64,000 bases of DNA from Podarcis muralis (GCF_964188315.1 NC_135656.1:106702001-106766000), one strand, 5' to 3'; shown: positions 22,534 to 34,678, numbered from the stretch's first letter. Made by a program: numbers and translations. Notes: generated by a model not told the origin, from the letters alone.

Positions 22534-24124
22534 CCGTATTTTTCGCACGATTGGACGCACCGGACCATAGGACGCACCTAGTTTTTTGGGGGGGAAATAA
22601 AGGAAAAAATTTTTTGGGGGGGGGGAATAAAGGAAAAAACTCCTGCAAGGCTCCCCACTCTGCGGATGTCTGCCTGGCGCGAGGGGCGCTCTGCTTCAGG
22701 GCGCCCCACCCACCAGGCAGCAGGCTGCTATCCGCAGCGTGGGGAGCCTTGTGGGGAACTCCTGCAAGCCTCCCCACTCTGCGGATGTCTGCCTGGCGCG
22801 AGGGGCGCTCTGCTTCAGGGCGCCCCACCCGCCAGGCAGCAGGCTGCTATCCGCAGCGTGGGGAGCCCTGTGGGGAACTCCTGCAAGCCTCCCCACTCTG
22901 CGGATGTCTGCCTGGCGCGAGGGGCGCTCTGCTTCAGGGCGCCCCACCCGCCAGGCAGCAGGCTGCTATCCGCAGCGTGGGGAGCCTTGTGGGGAACTCC
23001 TGCAAGCCTCCCCACTCTGCGGATGTCTGCCTGGCGCGAGGGGCGCTCTGCTTCAGGGCGCCCCACCCGCCAGGCAGCAGGCTGCTATCCGCAGCGTGGG
23101 GAGCCCTGTGGGGAACTCCTGCAAGCCTCCCCACTCTGCGGATGTCTGCCTGGCGCGAGGGGCGCTCTGCTTCAGGGCGCCCCACCCGCCAGGCAGCAGG
23201 CTGCTATCCGCAGCGTGGGGAGCCCTGTGAGGAACTCCTGCAAGCCTCCCCACTCTGCGGATGTCTGCCTGGCGCGAAGGGCGCTCTGCTTCAGGGCGCC
23301 CCACCCGCCAGGCAGCAGGCTGCTATCCGCAGCGTGGGGAGCCTTGTGGGGAACTCCTGCAAGCCTCCCCACTCTGCGGATGTCTGCCTGGCGCGAGGGG
23401 CGCTCTGCTTCAGGGCGCCCCACCCGCCAGGCAGCAGGCTGCTATCCGCAGCGTGGGGAGCCCTGTGGGGAACTCCTGCAAGCCTCCCCACTCTGCGGAT
23501 GTCTGCCTGGCGCGAGGGGCGCTCTGCTTCAGGGCGCCCCACCCGCCAGGCAGCAGGCTGCTATCCGCAGCGTGGGGAGCCCTGTGGGGAACTCCTGCAA
23601 GGCTCCCCACTCTGCGGGTGTATGCCTGGCGCGAGGGGCGCTCTGCTTCAGGGCGCCCCACCCGCCGGGCAGCAGGCTGCTATCCGCAGCATGGGGAGCC
23701 CTGTGGGGAACTCCTGCAAGCCTCCCCACGCTGCGGATGTGTTCCCGAAGCGCCTGGAGCTCTGCTTTCAGGGCGCCCGGCGCTCCGGGAAGCAGGCTGC
23801 TATCCGCAGCCTAGACACGGCTAGCGGAGCGCTAATCCCGAAGCCCCAAGCTTCGGGATTAGTGCGGCGCTTCGCTAGCCCTGGGAGAGCCACGCAACGT
23901 CGCAGGGCTCTCCCAGGGCTAGCGAGACCTTGCCGGCACCCAGAAGCTTGGGGCGGCTAGCGGATAGCTTCCTGAAGCCTGGAGAGCGAGAGGGGTCGGT
24001 GCGCACCGACCCCTCTCACTCTCCAGGCTTCAGTGAAAGCCTGCATTCGCTCCATAGGACGCACACACATTTTCCCTTGCTTTTTAGGAGGGAAAAAGTG
24101 CGTCCTATGGTGCGAAAAATACGG
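22534..24124. mobile_element. Tc1/mariner-type non-autonomous element of 1591 bp with TA TSD, containing a minisatellite
   Basis: TA|CCGTATTTTTCGCAC...GTGCGAAAAATACGG|TA; empty site tctttagatatatcatag at about 951-968. Confidence 0.9.
22638..23760. repeat. GC/CpG-rich minisatellite, 119-bp unit, about 9.5 copies
   Basis: Repeating gaactcctgcaagcctccccactctgcggatgtctgcctggcgcgagggg...; near-identical ORFs recur every 119 bp in the track. Confidence 0.97.
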
Positions 24125-25408
24125 TATATCATAGACACCTGCCATCCATGTTCCTTTATTTAAACAGGAGTATTTACAAACAGAGTATTCCATTCTCGTT
24201 CTTATACTGAGTTTGGGCAGGATGGGGAGTTTTGTGTATCTCTAAAGCATGATAAAGCTTTTCAATATGACCCATTATTGTGCATTCATTTTTTAAATAT
24301 TGAGTTTGCCCTTTCCTTCATACCCATAACAGCCTGCTGGATAGGTTAGAGTAAGGCAGGGGGCGCCAAAACATGATGCCATCCAGATGTTGGAGCTATA
24401 GAACCCATCATCCCTGAGAACGGGCCAGAATCTCTAAACCTGCTCCAGAGAAGCTGAGAAAGGGGTAGTGCTATGGATCTGGAGGGACAGGAACATGGTC
24501 CTTCCGGTGGTTGCATGTTAGAGGTGGCCTTGAGAGATTTCCCTCCTATAGTGGTAAATCTGGATCCCAGGTGACCCATTTCCACTGAAAAAGAGCTGCA
24601 ATGAGCTTCACCGGAACAACAATAGAGAAGTCCCACAATTAGCAATATGAAAGGAGAAGTTGGGGCTGGATCAACCTCAAACACCCTATTCCCCTTTCCC
24701 TTCTAAAACACAAGGTTGGCTGGGTTTTCAGGAATTATCCTATCATTTCACAAGCCTTTCTGTGCCTTTTGTGGTGAGGGGAGGGGGACAGGGGTAGCAC
24801 AAAAGCACCCAATCCACATCAACTGAGCAAACCTAAGCTTGTGCCATTGAATCCCACAAGCAAAATACAATAGTAAAATTCATGTCAAATTGTTGTTTTA
24901 GGGGTTGCTTTCATCGTCTGGAATAGATTAATCCTTTTTCCTTTACTTTCCATCAGAAAGCACGCCTTGGTTAAAGTCCACTTTGGTTTAAGACCGGACT
25001 TCCAGAACAGATTAAGGTTGTAAACCAAGGTACCACTGTAGTGAGAATCTGGATGCACCCAGAGAGACTTCTAACATATTGGGCAGTATCCAACATTGAA
25101 GCTCTGCCTGCAAAATGGACTTCCATGCATTCAGTAGAACTCCCCTCCAGCTGCCCCATTGAATCCTCAAAATCTCAACTGGAGGGTTGGGAACCCCCCA
25201 AACATATTTTGGGGACTCTTGGAGGAGAGAAGAGAAGTCTTGTTGCACAGGCAGAACTAAGTGTGTGGAGCATTAGACACAATCCATTATATTAAAAACT
25301 GCTCTCTTTTTGTTGTTTATGTTATGTGTACAGTGGATTCAAGACTACAATTTGGCACACCACTTCTCACAAGTCCTCTTCTTAAGCCTTCAGGCAAGTG
25401 AAGGAGGA

Positions 25409-26341
25409 ATGGGAGAAGGGAATATGTCATGGACTGTGTTCCTTCTGGTTGGACTTCAGCATCAAAGGTCACCTATGGTTTTCCTTGGTGTGATCTTCTT
25501 CATGTTCATAGTAGCTCTGATAGGGAACAGCCTCCTTCTTTTTCTGATCAAGACAGACTCTGGTCTGCAGACCCCAATGTATTTTTTCCTCAGCCAACTA
25601 GCCTTCATGGACCTCTGCCAAGTTCTCTCCATTGTTCCCAAAATGGCGGTGGATTTTGTAACCCAGAGCTACAGCATTTCACTCTATGGCTGTGTCCTGC
25701 AGATTTCTGTCACAATGCTCATGGGAGGGGCAGAGTGCCTCATCCTGGTGACCATGTCATATGACAGGTATGTGGCTATCTGCAGGCCGCTGCAATATCC
25801 GGTTCTCATGAGGAGCAAAAACTGCAACATCATGTCAGTTGCTGTCTGGTTTGGGTCTTCTGTGCAGGCCTTGATTTCTTCCCTTTATGTACTGCCCCTT
25901 CCCTACTGCAAGTCCAATGTGATCAGACACTACATGTGCGATTACCCAGCCCTTGTTCAGTTGTCCTGCTATGACAATTTTGCATTTGATATAACAGCCT
26001 ACTTTTGTAGTTTCGTGATCTTTTTCATCCCCATCTCAGTCATCCTGGCTTCCTACATAGCTATCCTACTTCAAGTCCTCAGAGCACGATCCTCTGGAAG
26101 TAGCCACAAGGCCTTGGGGTCCTGCTTTTCCCATCTGTGTGTGGTTGGGATCTTCTATGTTACGGCCATTTTGACCTACATGACACCTGCCGCTTCCTAT
26201 TCAGCACAAAGGGCCATGATAAACACTGTGTTTTTTACCATTGCGCCTGCCATGATGAACCCTTTCATATACAGCCTGAGGAACCGGGACGTCTTAGCAG
26301 CACTGAGAAAGCTCTTTGCAAGATGCACAATGTGTCAATGA
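25409..26341 (+). CDS. Olfactory receptor OR4, intact, 310 aa
   Basis: Full set of OR motifs (TM6 variant KALGSCFSHL); start at MGEG by homology. Confidence 0.96.
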   Translation: MGEGNMSWTVFLLVGLQHQRSPMVFLGVIFFMFIVALIGNSLLLFLIKTDSGLQTPMYFFLSQLAFMDLCQVLSIVPKMAVDFVTQSYSISLYGCVLQISVTMLMGGAECLILVTMSYDRYVAICRPLQYPVLMRSKNCNIMSVAVWFGSSVQALISSLYVLPLPYCKSNVIRHYMCDYPALVQLSCYDNFAFDITAYFCSFVIFFIPISVILASYIAILLQVLRARSSGSSHKALGSCFSHLCVVGIFYVTAILTYMTPAASYSAQRAMINTVFFTIAPAMMNPFIYSLRNRDVLAALRKLFARCTMCQ

Positions 26342-26972
26342 TTTCAGCAGGAAACAGAATGACAAGCACTCTCCCTTTGGAATTTATGCAAGGGCTGAAA
26401 TTTAGCTGGAAGGAACTTAAGGTGAGAGATGTAAATTTTGTTTCAGGGTGCTTCAGATGGGCGTATTATTGTGGTTTTCATGCTACTCATGTGTGAACAG
26501 AGTCTGCAAACCAAAACCTATTTGCAATACCTTAATGTCCTGTTTGCATTATTAATCCCCCATCTGGAAGCACCCTAACTTTCATTATTGCTGTGTGATT
26601 GGTGACCGTAGCAAAAAATGTACCCCAATATTCATACTGTAGCTTTGTTTCTGAATGAATGTTACTTCCTTTGGTTTAATAATATATACTGCAGCTTCAA
26701 GCAAGACAGTGTGTCCCTGCTGGGGCTGAGCTCCTAAATGGAGATGACAATAACATAATGTACAGGGATAACGTGTAATCTGAAGTGTTTTGAATGCCCT
26801 AAAATGTTGTATGAATTCTAAGTATTATCATTCCCCGGTCTCACACAAAAAATATTTTTTTGCAATAAACTTCAGTGAAGGGGCCAGGCATATTCTGGGC
26901 TGCCAGCTCCAGCGATAGGGAAGTCTTCATTGTTCCTGGATCCCTTAAAAGTTAGGTGCTGTGCTATCATTT

Positions 26973-27160
26973 GAGAAGCCACCAGGCCTTAGGGAACCTG
27001 CTTGCCCAATTTGTGTGTCGTGGTACTCTGCTATGGAGCATCTATTTGGAGATAGATGGTGTTGATTACTATAGCACCTACAATGACAAATACTTTCATA
27101 TATGTCTAGAGGAACTGGGATATGCTAGCAGGACTGAGAAAATTCTTTGTAAAATATCAC
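26973..27160 (+). pseudogene. Decayed OR 3' fragment (TM6 to C-terminus)
   Basis: agccaccaggccttagggaacctgcttgcccaatttgtgtgtcgtgg aligns with the SHKALGTCLSHLCVV codons; tttcatatatgtctagaggaactgggatatgctagcaggactgagaaaattctttg aligns with FIYSLRNRDVLAALRKLF; frameshifted. Confidence 0.75.
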
Positions 27161-27548
27161 ATGGTATAAATGATTTTACAGAGCACCGTGCAGAGAGAGT
27201 CCTGGTCAAACCACATTGATTTTCCCCACCGTGACGTTTCTCCTGCTTATTGAGGGACAGATTGCTATGGATTGACAGTGCACGGGCTCACATGATCATA
27301 TTGCCATTCTGTTCTGACCAGTCAGCTCTGGTTCCTGTCTTGAACCAGACAGGTTGCAACATGTACAATAACCACCCATGATGATTATTATTTGTATGCC
27401 ATCCTTTATAATCACATCTGCGAGTACTTGCCTGCTAGCTCTTCTGCTTTCATCCCAACATCAACAAATTCATGGAGGATTAGACTATCAGTGGCTTCCA
27501 GCCACAAAGTTGTAACCCCACTGCTGGAGGTCCGTAAGCAAGGAAATA

Positions 27549-27900
27549 GGTATGCGGGTGGTGCTGTGGGTTAAACCACAGAGCCTAGGACTTGCCAATC
27601 AGAAGGTTGGCGGTTCGAATCCCCGCGATGTGGTGAGCTCCCATTGCTCAGTCCCTGCTCCTGCCAACCTAGCAGTTCGAAAGCACATCAAAGTGCAAGT
27701 AGATAAATAGGTACCGCTCTGGCGGGAAGGTAAAGGGCGTTTCCGTGCACTGCTCTGGTTCGCCAGAAGCGGCTTAGTCATGCTGGCCACATGACCCGGA
27801 AGCTGTACGCCGGCTCCCTCAGCCAGTAAAGCGAGATGAGTGCTGCAACCCCAGAGTCGGTCATGACTGGACCTAACGGCCAGGGGTCCCTTTACCTTTT
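27549..27900 (+). mobile_element. Sauria SINE
   Basis: tRNA-like head (ggtggtgctgtggg, ggttcgaatccc), family core, (ACCTTT)n tail. Confidence 0.88.
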
Positions 27901-29359
27901 AAGCAAGGAAGTGGAGAAGGCATTCCACCCTTGGCCCTCCATAAGTGCCCTGCATCTGGTCAACTTGGCATGAGTCTTTTTCTTTGCTGAAAAAAATCCT
28001 ATTTTGGCTTCTTGACTGCTCTTGTGGTTTTTCCTCTTTACCTCTCTCTTGTCCCTATTTGTTTGTCTTGTCATTCCCCACCCCTTCTTCCTTTGCTGAA
28101 ATCATTTTTTACAACATCCCTGGGTGCACACCCTAATGAAACATGCTGTGCGTGCCTATGCAAATGGGGAGGGTGCTGTGCTGCACAGGTTTTTGAAAGG
28201 TGCTGTAATCTGAGGACAAGACACTCACTGGAGTTTCCTCTTGACTCCAGTTGGTCAGTGGGCACCTTCTTCCTACCTCCCAATGTATTCTTCCAAGTGA
28301 CATTCTGTGGAATAGTGGTAGTGGAATGGTACCACCCCCATATTGAGACCTTGCTCAATAATTTCCCCGCCCCACTGCCAGATGCACCTTGGAATAGGGA
28401 ATTGGGGTGAGGGAGAAATCATGACCTGTGTGCCTCCCCCCAAAAAATCACTGGAATCACTGAAATCCCCCAACCCAATTTTGTAGCCTCCCAGACCAAG
28501 GCATAGAATTTTATGAGCTTTATTCTCAATATATGCATTGCAGGGAGTTGGACTAGATGTCCCTCAGAATCCCTTCCAACTTTAGAATTCTATGATTGAT
28601 ATATTACAGGAACTGCTAGTTAATAGGAGGACCTTTTTATTGTTCAGTTTCTCAATAATTATTTACAATGTGTGTGTTTTTTGGGAAAAATAAATATACT
28701 AAATGTTTCTGTTGTTTCTGTCTTGTTGCAGTACTGCATTACCTCTTTCTATTTTTTTGCAGTTTTACATTTTAATACTTTCTTGTCAACAAATAAAGTT
28801 AGTTTTAAACCACTTAGCAGTTTCAGCAGCTTTCTGTCACTTCTGCCTATCTCCTTCCTATTGGTGGAAGTTAACTCTGATTCAGTTCTCCCAAATTCAT
28901 ACTTTCCTAAGCAGCACACAAACAAATATACATCCAGCTTTCAAATTTTGTATTTGTTCAGACTTTACAATACAGTTCTCCAGCCCAAAAAGTGTTAAAA
29001 AATGCATTTGATAAGGTAAGGTGTGCATGAACATGCTTATATTGTAGAAAGCAGCACGTAGAAATGCATCACAATAGGGGAAATTGCTCTGCAAACTGGT
29101 TAAGGGAAAATGCATACAACAACAGGAGGATTAGGAGAAATTCAGATTCGAATGCTAATGAATTTTAACAAGGCCTTTTAAAAAGCCACCCAGTTGTAAA
29201 CTGATGTGGAAATGTGGAGAGCTGAACTTAAAATTGGAAAAATGAGAAACTGAGTTAAACTGAAATGAACAAATTCACCTATGCCTAGTTAGTTATTTCC
29301 AGTTCCAGTTCTGCTGGTTCTGAGGATAACATCATGGATAGTTTCTTTTTCCTGTCCAA

Positions 29360-30286
29360 TTATTTACACAATATGCATTTTGCACAAAGTCTCCTCAAAG
29401 CTGCTAGAACATCGCGGTTCCTCAGGCTGTATATGAAAGGGTTCAACATAGCAGGGACAATGGTGGTAAACACTGAGTTAATCATAGACTTTTCCGCTGT
29501 ATAGGGGGTCATGTACGTAAACATGGCCATTGAATAGAAGATCCCCACCACACACAAATGGGACAAGCAGGTCCCCAGAGCCTTGTGGCTACTTCCTGAG
29601 GAGCGTGCTCTGAGGACTTGAAGTAGGATGGCTATGTAGGAAGCCAGGATGACTGAGATGGGGATGAGAAGGACCATGAAATTACCAAAGTATGTTGATC
29701 TCACAAATGCAGAATTGTCAGAGCAGGACAATTGTATAAGCGCTGGGTAATCACACAGGTAATGGTTAATCACATTGGACTTGCAGTAGGGAAGAGGCAG
29801 CACATAGAGGGAACAGCTCAGAGCCTGGAACGCAGACCACAACCAGGCAGCGACTGACATAATGTTGCAGATTTTGCTCCTCATGAGGACCGGATATTGC
29901 AGCGGCCTGCAGATAGCCACGTACCTGTCATAGGACATGGTCGCCAGGATGAGGCACTCTGCCCCTCCCAAGAGCAGCGTGACAGAAATCTGGGTGATGC
30001 ATCCAGAGAGCGAAATGGTGTAGCTGTGGGTTACGAAATCCACTGTCATTTTGGGAACGATGGAGAGAACTTGGCAGAGGTCCATGAAGGCTAGTTGGCT
30101 GAGGAAAAAGTACATTGGGGTCTGTAGACCGGAGCTCATTTTAATTAAGAACAGGAGGAGGCTGTTTCCAAGGAGGGCGACAAGGGACATGAAGAGGATG
30201 GCACCAAGGAAAAGGGTGGGTGACTTTTGATGCTGAAGTCCAACAAGAAGAAACTCCGTCCACGATGTTTTATTCTCACCTCCCAT
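29360..30286 (-). CDS. Olfactory receptor OR5, intact, 308 aa
   Basis: Full set of OR motifs; start at MGGENKTS (30286) by homology with OR6; 3-aa deletion in ECL3. Confidence 0.95.
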   Translation of the reverse strand: MGGENKTSWTEFLLVGLQHQKSPTLFLGAILFMSLVALLGNSLLLFLIKMSSGLQTPMYFFLSQLAFMDLCQVLSIVPKMTVDFVTHSYTISLSGCITQISVTLLLGGAECLILATMSYDRYVAICRPLQYPVLMRSKICNIMSVAAWLWSAFQALSCSLYVLPLPYCKSNVINHYLCDYPALIQLSCSDNSAFVRSTYFGNFMVLLIPISVILASYIAILLQVLRARSSGSSHKALGTCLSHLCVVGIFYSMAMFTYMTPYTAEKSMINSVFTTIVPAMLNPFIYSLRNRDVLAALRRLCAKCILCK

Positions 30287-31401
30287 TCCTTCTTCATTTG
30301 TCTGGATTTTAGCTGAATAAGATACAAGGAGAGAAAAGCTGGGGATAGAAGTCACATAGTACTTTGAGAGAATTTTAGGTAAACAGCCATTAATATTGTA
30401 ACTGGGGTGGGTGGGAATCCAGGATTTCTAAATAAATTATGCCATCTTCTGTTATCAGTGTTATTTTGTAGGTAGGCTACATGACCCAACTGGATGTGTG
30501 CGAGATTCAGGATATAAAAGTAAAGAGGTCTTTTAAAAGAGCTGAAATCCTCCTGTTTGTAGCCAATTAATCCAGTTCTGGTTCCCTCTTTCAAAAAGCC
30601 TATCATTAATATATTCCCCTTTACTTTTTTATTTTATTAGTTATCATTTTATCTTGCTGAATGGAGACCTGGTGCAATAGATTTCTGCCTTAACCAACAT
30701 AAAACATACCTTACGAACAATAAATCAAATGAAAAGTAGATTGAAGGGGGAGGCAAAGCCATGAATGATATATGAGATTAAAAGATGCTAATTTTCACAG
30801 ATGAAATAATTTAAAATAAAAGGGCTTTGCATGCAACACCAGTTGCTAGATCAGAGAGGAGAACCACATCCCAGTGCCCAGATGGGATACAGGATGATTT
30901 TCTTTTTGTTGTTTTTTCAAATAAAGAATGGATTTCCCATTAACTTCTGAGTAAACTGTGGCTGTTTATGGTGTGAAAGCTGCTGTGAAAGATTCGCTCA
31001 GCACACTTCCGACCACGTGTTTAGCAGAGTTGAAATATAGTCTGCTAGTGAAGCGTGAGGAAATCGGCCCTGAGTCTTGATTGATGAGCAACACACGATT
31101 GTTCTAGGAAGATTACTTTTATTGCATGTCATTAAGCTTAGCAATTGCTATTTATAGAGACTGCTGTGGATCCCCACAGCAGCAGATCTGCTTGCATATT
31201 CTCAGTAGATTATGACTGAAGCTCTCTCTCAGTCACTCTCACATAACGCACTGTGCATGTCCATGACTTCACGGTCTTATATTTGCACCAGTACAAACAA
31301 TCCAGCTTCACAGCCAGAGTTTCATCATACATGCAGAAACTCATGAAGACAGTTTTCTGAAAATGAATGACTAATACCCCCAACATAAACATGACTCCCA
31401 A

Positions 31402-31700
31402 ATGGAGTATATGTGTAGCTGTCACACCAACAACTGGGAAACACTGGCCTGCGAGCGCTCCAATTGGAGAATAGCCTTTACCAAACACGCCATGGGCTTT
31501 GAAGACACTCAAATTCGGGACGAAAGGGAGAAACGTGCTAAGAGGAAGGCACGCTTGGCAAATCCACACCTTGATCAACTCCCACCCTGTCCCCACTGTG
31601 GAAGGATGTGTGGATCCAGAATTGGCCTCCACAGTCACTTACGGACTCACTGTTAAAACCGTGTTCATGGAAGACAACCTTACTCAGCTATGACTGATTT
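31402..31700 (+). mobile_element. RTE-clade LINE 3' fragment
   Basis: WETLACERSNWR...CPHCGRMCGSRIGLHSHLRTH, a C-terminal C2H2-like motif of RTE ORFs. Confidence 0.75.
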
Positions 31701-31744
31701 CTCCCTTGCGTCCTGAGTTCTAGTGTCTTATGGTGTCACTCACA

Positions 31745-31783
<39 letters not shown>

Positions 31784-31959
31784 TCAGTATATATACTTTA
31801 TAGTGATATATATATATATATGTTTTTCCTTTGGTCTCTCTTTGCCTGTTTAAGATTCTCTTGCAAAGGATTTTCTTTATGAAAATTCGTGTTGTCACCA
31901 AAGAACAATACAAAACAGAAAAGAAAAGAAGAAGAAATAGATTGCAATGACAATGAGAA

Positions 31960-32580
31960 GAGTCACATACCTGTGTCTAATTCATGTGTTTGCAACAGCA
32001 AGCAGAAAGACAGCTTATGTTTTAAAAGAAGCTGGTATATAAGTCCTCTGCTGTAAATTATCAGTGCTCCATCCACTGATTTAATTAAATCTTGCTCATC
32101 TCTTCCATAGTACTCCCCTAAGCTAATTGACCACAATTCAGTTTAAAGGGATTCAACGTTTTTCCTATTGCAGGCAAAAAATGATTTGCAGTACATTCTT
32201 TGAAAGAGTTGTTAATCTGAATTAATGACTTACTTTGCCTACATTTTGAAAAGTGGAAATATTTTTATAACTTCAAAAGGAAGGGGGGGGGAATCACAAT
32301 CAATATTTAGTGCCTTAGGGTAGTTAAGTGTTTTCTTGATTGCTTTCCACACATTAAAATATTCAGAATCATAAAGACTGAATTCCTTGTTTTGAGGTCA
32401 GTTGCAAAAACAATTCAGACTCTCTGAACTATTGGAAAATAGTCTCTCTTATATAGCGACATTTTTAAAATCTACATCTGCTCCATCACAACCAGCATTT
32501 TCACCAACAGTATTTAAAATCTTCATGAAGAAATGATCACTCTCCTATACCTTTGGGAATTTTGGCCCCATGACTTCAAT
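31960..32580 (-). promoter_or_regulatory. Homologous promoter/exon 1 module upstream of OR5 (a second copy at about 42670-43340 serves OR6)
   Basis: Reverse complement gives GACACAG|GTATGT (GT at 31970-31969), TTAATTAA, aaagaatg..aaatcatt and ggggccaaaattcccaaagg blocks, collinear with the + strand modules. Confidence 0.5.
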
Positions 32581-32749
32581 TAAGGCACACTGGAAGTTAC
32601 AACTCAAACTTCAAACATACTTTCAAAGCACATTTTCCTTATGGAAATTCTTGTCCATTCCCACCCACCAACCCCCCTCCAATTTGCTAGATGAAAGGAA
32701 TGCAAACCAGAAACCCACCAAAACTCTAAAGAAATTCTAAAGTGCACAG

Positions 32750-33092
32750 TAAAAGGTAAAGGTAAAGGTCCAGTCGTGGCCGACTCTGGGGTTGCGGCAC
32801 TCATCTCGCTTTATTGGCCAAGGGAGCCGGCGTACAGCTTCCGGGTCATGTGGCCAGCATGACTAAGCCGCTTTTGGCGAACCAGAGCAGCGCATGGAAA
32901 CGCCGTTTACCTTCCCGCCGGAGAGGTACCTATTGATCTACTTGCACTTTGACGTGCTTTCGAACTGCTAGGTTGGCAGGAGCAGGGACCGAACAACGGG
33001 AGCTCACCCCGTAGTGGGGATTGGAACCGCCAGCCTTCTGATTGGCAAGTCCTAGGCTCTGTGGTTTAACCCACAGCGCCACCCACATCCCT
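32750..33092 (-). mobile_element. Sauria SINE with 12-bp TSD
   Basis: TAAAGTGCACAG at 32738-32749 and 33093-33104; reverse complement of the SINE consensus. Confidence 0.93.
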
Positions 33093-33594
33093 TAAAGTGC
33101 ACAGAGAGTGAGGCAAAAAAAAAAAGGAAGCCCCTTTCACAGGGGAAGAGAACTTTGAAGTAACATTCATTATGGTCTTTCTCCACATCTCAGTCATGAT
33201 AGTGATTGTTAGAACTTCTTCTAACATCTGATAGTGATTATTGTAACTTCTACATTGCTTCTGGTAATTCTTTACATTTTAGGGGCCAGCAGGAAATGTC
33301 AACAAATTCTGACATTCGACCAGCTGAATACCTTTGAGAGATGGTCAAATTTCAATATTATGTCCATGTTTTAGCACTAAATACACAACATGTCCAAAAC
33401 AGGTCTTGAGAGATCTACTCATGTAGTTCCTGACCAGTGGCCTACAAACATCTTATGAATGCCAGTAACTTGGTAATTGTTGCTATGTCAACATTCACGA
33501 AGTTACTGGTATTAATCTTATAAATGGAAGGTCTCAAGAAAAAGAAATGTCAGGCTATTTTTAAAGATAATTGCCATTTAGTATTGCCTAAGGG

Positions 33595-33637
<43 letters not shown>

Positions 33638-34153
33638 CATCTCTACCAGCAAGCATTCAAAATGCTCTGTGATTGCCTTCACATCACATACACATAGAGA
33701 GTGATCCAACACTTTGGGGGAGTATGAGTGTATCTCAAAAGTACAGTGGTATCTCTGTTCTAGAACGTCTCGAACCTGAACGCTGAAAACCCGAAAGTAA
33801 ATGCTTCCGTTTTCAAACGCGCCTCGCTATTGTCTCATTGAGGCAAGAGTTACTGGGATTACTAGGCCTGCACTGTTTAGTTGTTTTGAATAAAACGTTA
33901 ACGTCACTGACGCCATGTTTTTACTGTTGACCTACACTTGACTCTAGCTTCTGACACAGGGTCTGAACTGTGTCAAGCGGCAAAGACAGACCAGGAATGA
34001 GGCCTTGGAGTCGTAAGGTATCTAGCGTGTGGTAGCTATGAAAAAAGGTTAATTCCATGCCTGGGATCATTAGGTAAGGAACTGAAAATAAAATTGAAGA
34101 TACCATAATATCATGATAGAAATTTATGGTGCGATCACATTTGGAACACTGTA

Positions 34154-34395
34154 CAGTGGTACCTCAGGTTAAGTACTTAATTCGTTCCAGAGGTCCGTAC
34201 TTAACCTGAAACTGTTCTTAACCTGAAGCACCACTTTAGCTAATGGGGTCTCCCGCTGCTGCCACACCACCGCCGTGCGATTTCTGTTCTCATCCTGAAG
34301 CAAAGTTCTTAACCTGAGGTACTATTTCTGGGTTAGCGGAGCCTGTAACCTGAAACGTCTGTAATCTGAAGTGTATGTAACCCGGGGTACCACTG
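34154..34395. mobile_element. CAGTGGTACC-family MITE
   Basis: TA|CAGTGGTACCTC...GGTACCACTG|TA. Confidence 0.9.
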
Positions 34396-34677
34396 TATAC
34401 AGTTCTCATTGCCTCACTTCAAAAAGTACCGTACTTTTCCATCTAGAAGATGCCCCTGTGTATAAGACTACCCCTATTTTGGGGGACTCAGATTTAAGAA
34501 AATGGGGGGAGATGCCACAGAGTCGTTGAGCTTTTTTGTGGAGGATTGTCCAGAGTTGTGGAGCTTTTGCACGCGTCACACAATCCACATCCCGTCTGTC
34601 CCATCGCCAGCAGAAGCTGCCAATCGCCCGCCCAACTGCCAGAGCATCAGCCAATCAACACTACCCACTGACAAAGC

Positions 34678-34678
34678 A

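Noticed and set aside
22638-23760. CRISPR-like array
   Set aside because: The units are contiguous near-identical repeats with no unique spacers, in a eukaryotic context with no cas genes
22551-23960. Long ORFs (469, 382 and 187 aa, plus many of 83 aa) over the minisatellite
   Set aside because: A GC-rich 119-bp unit that is almost stop-free cycles through the frames; no domain, promoter or codon evidence
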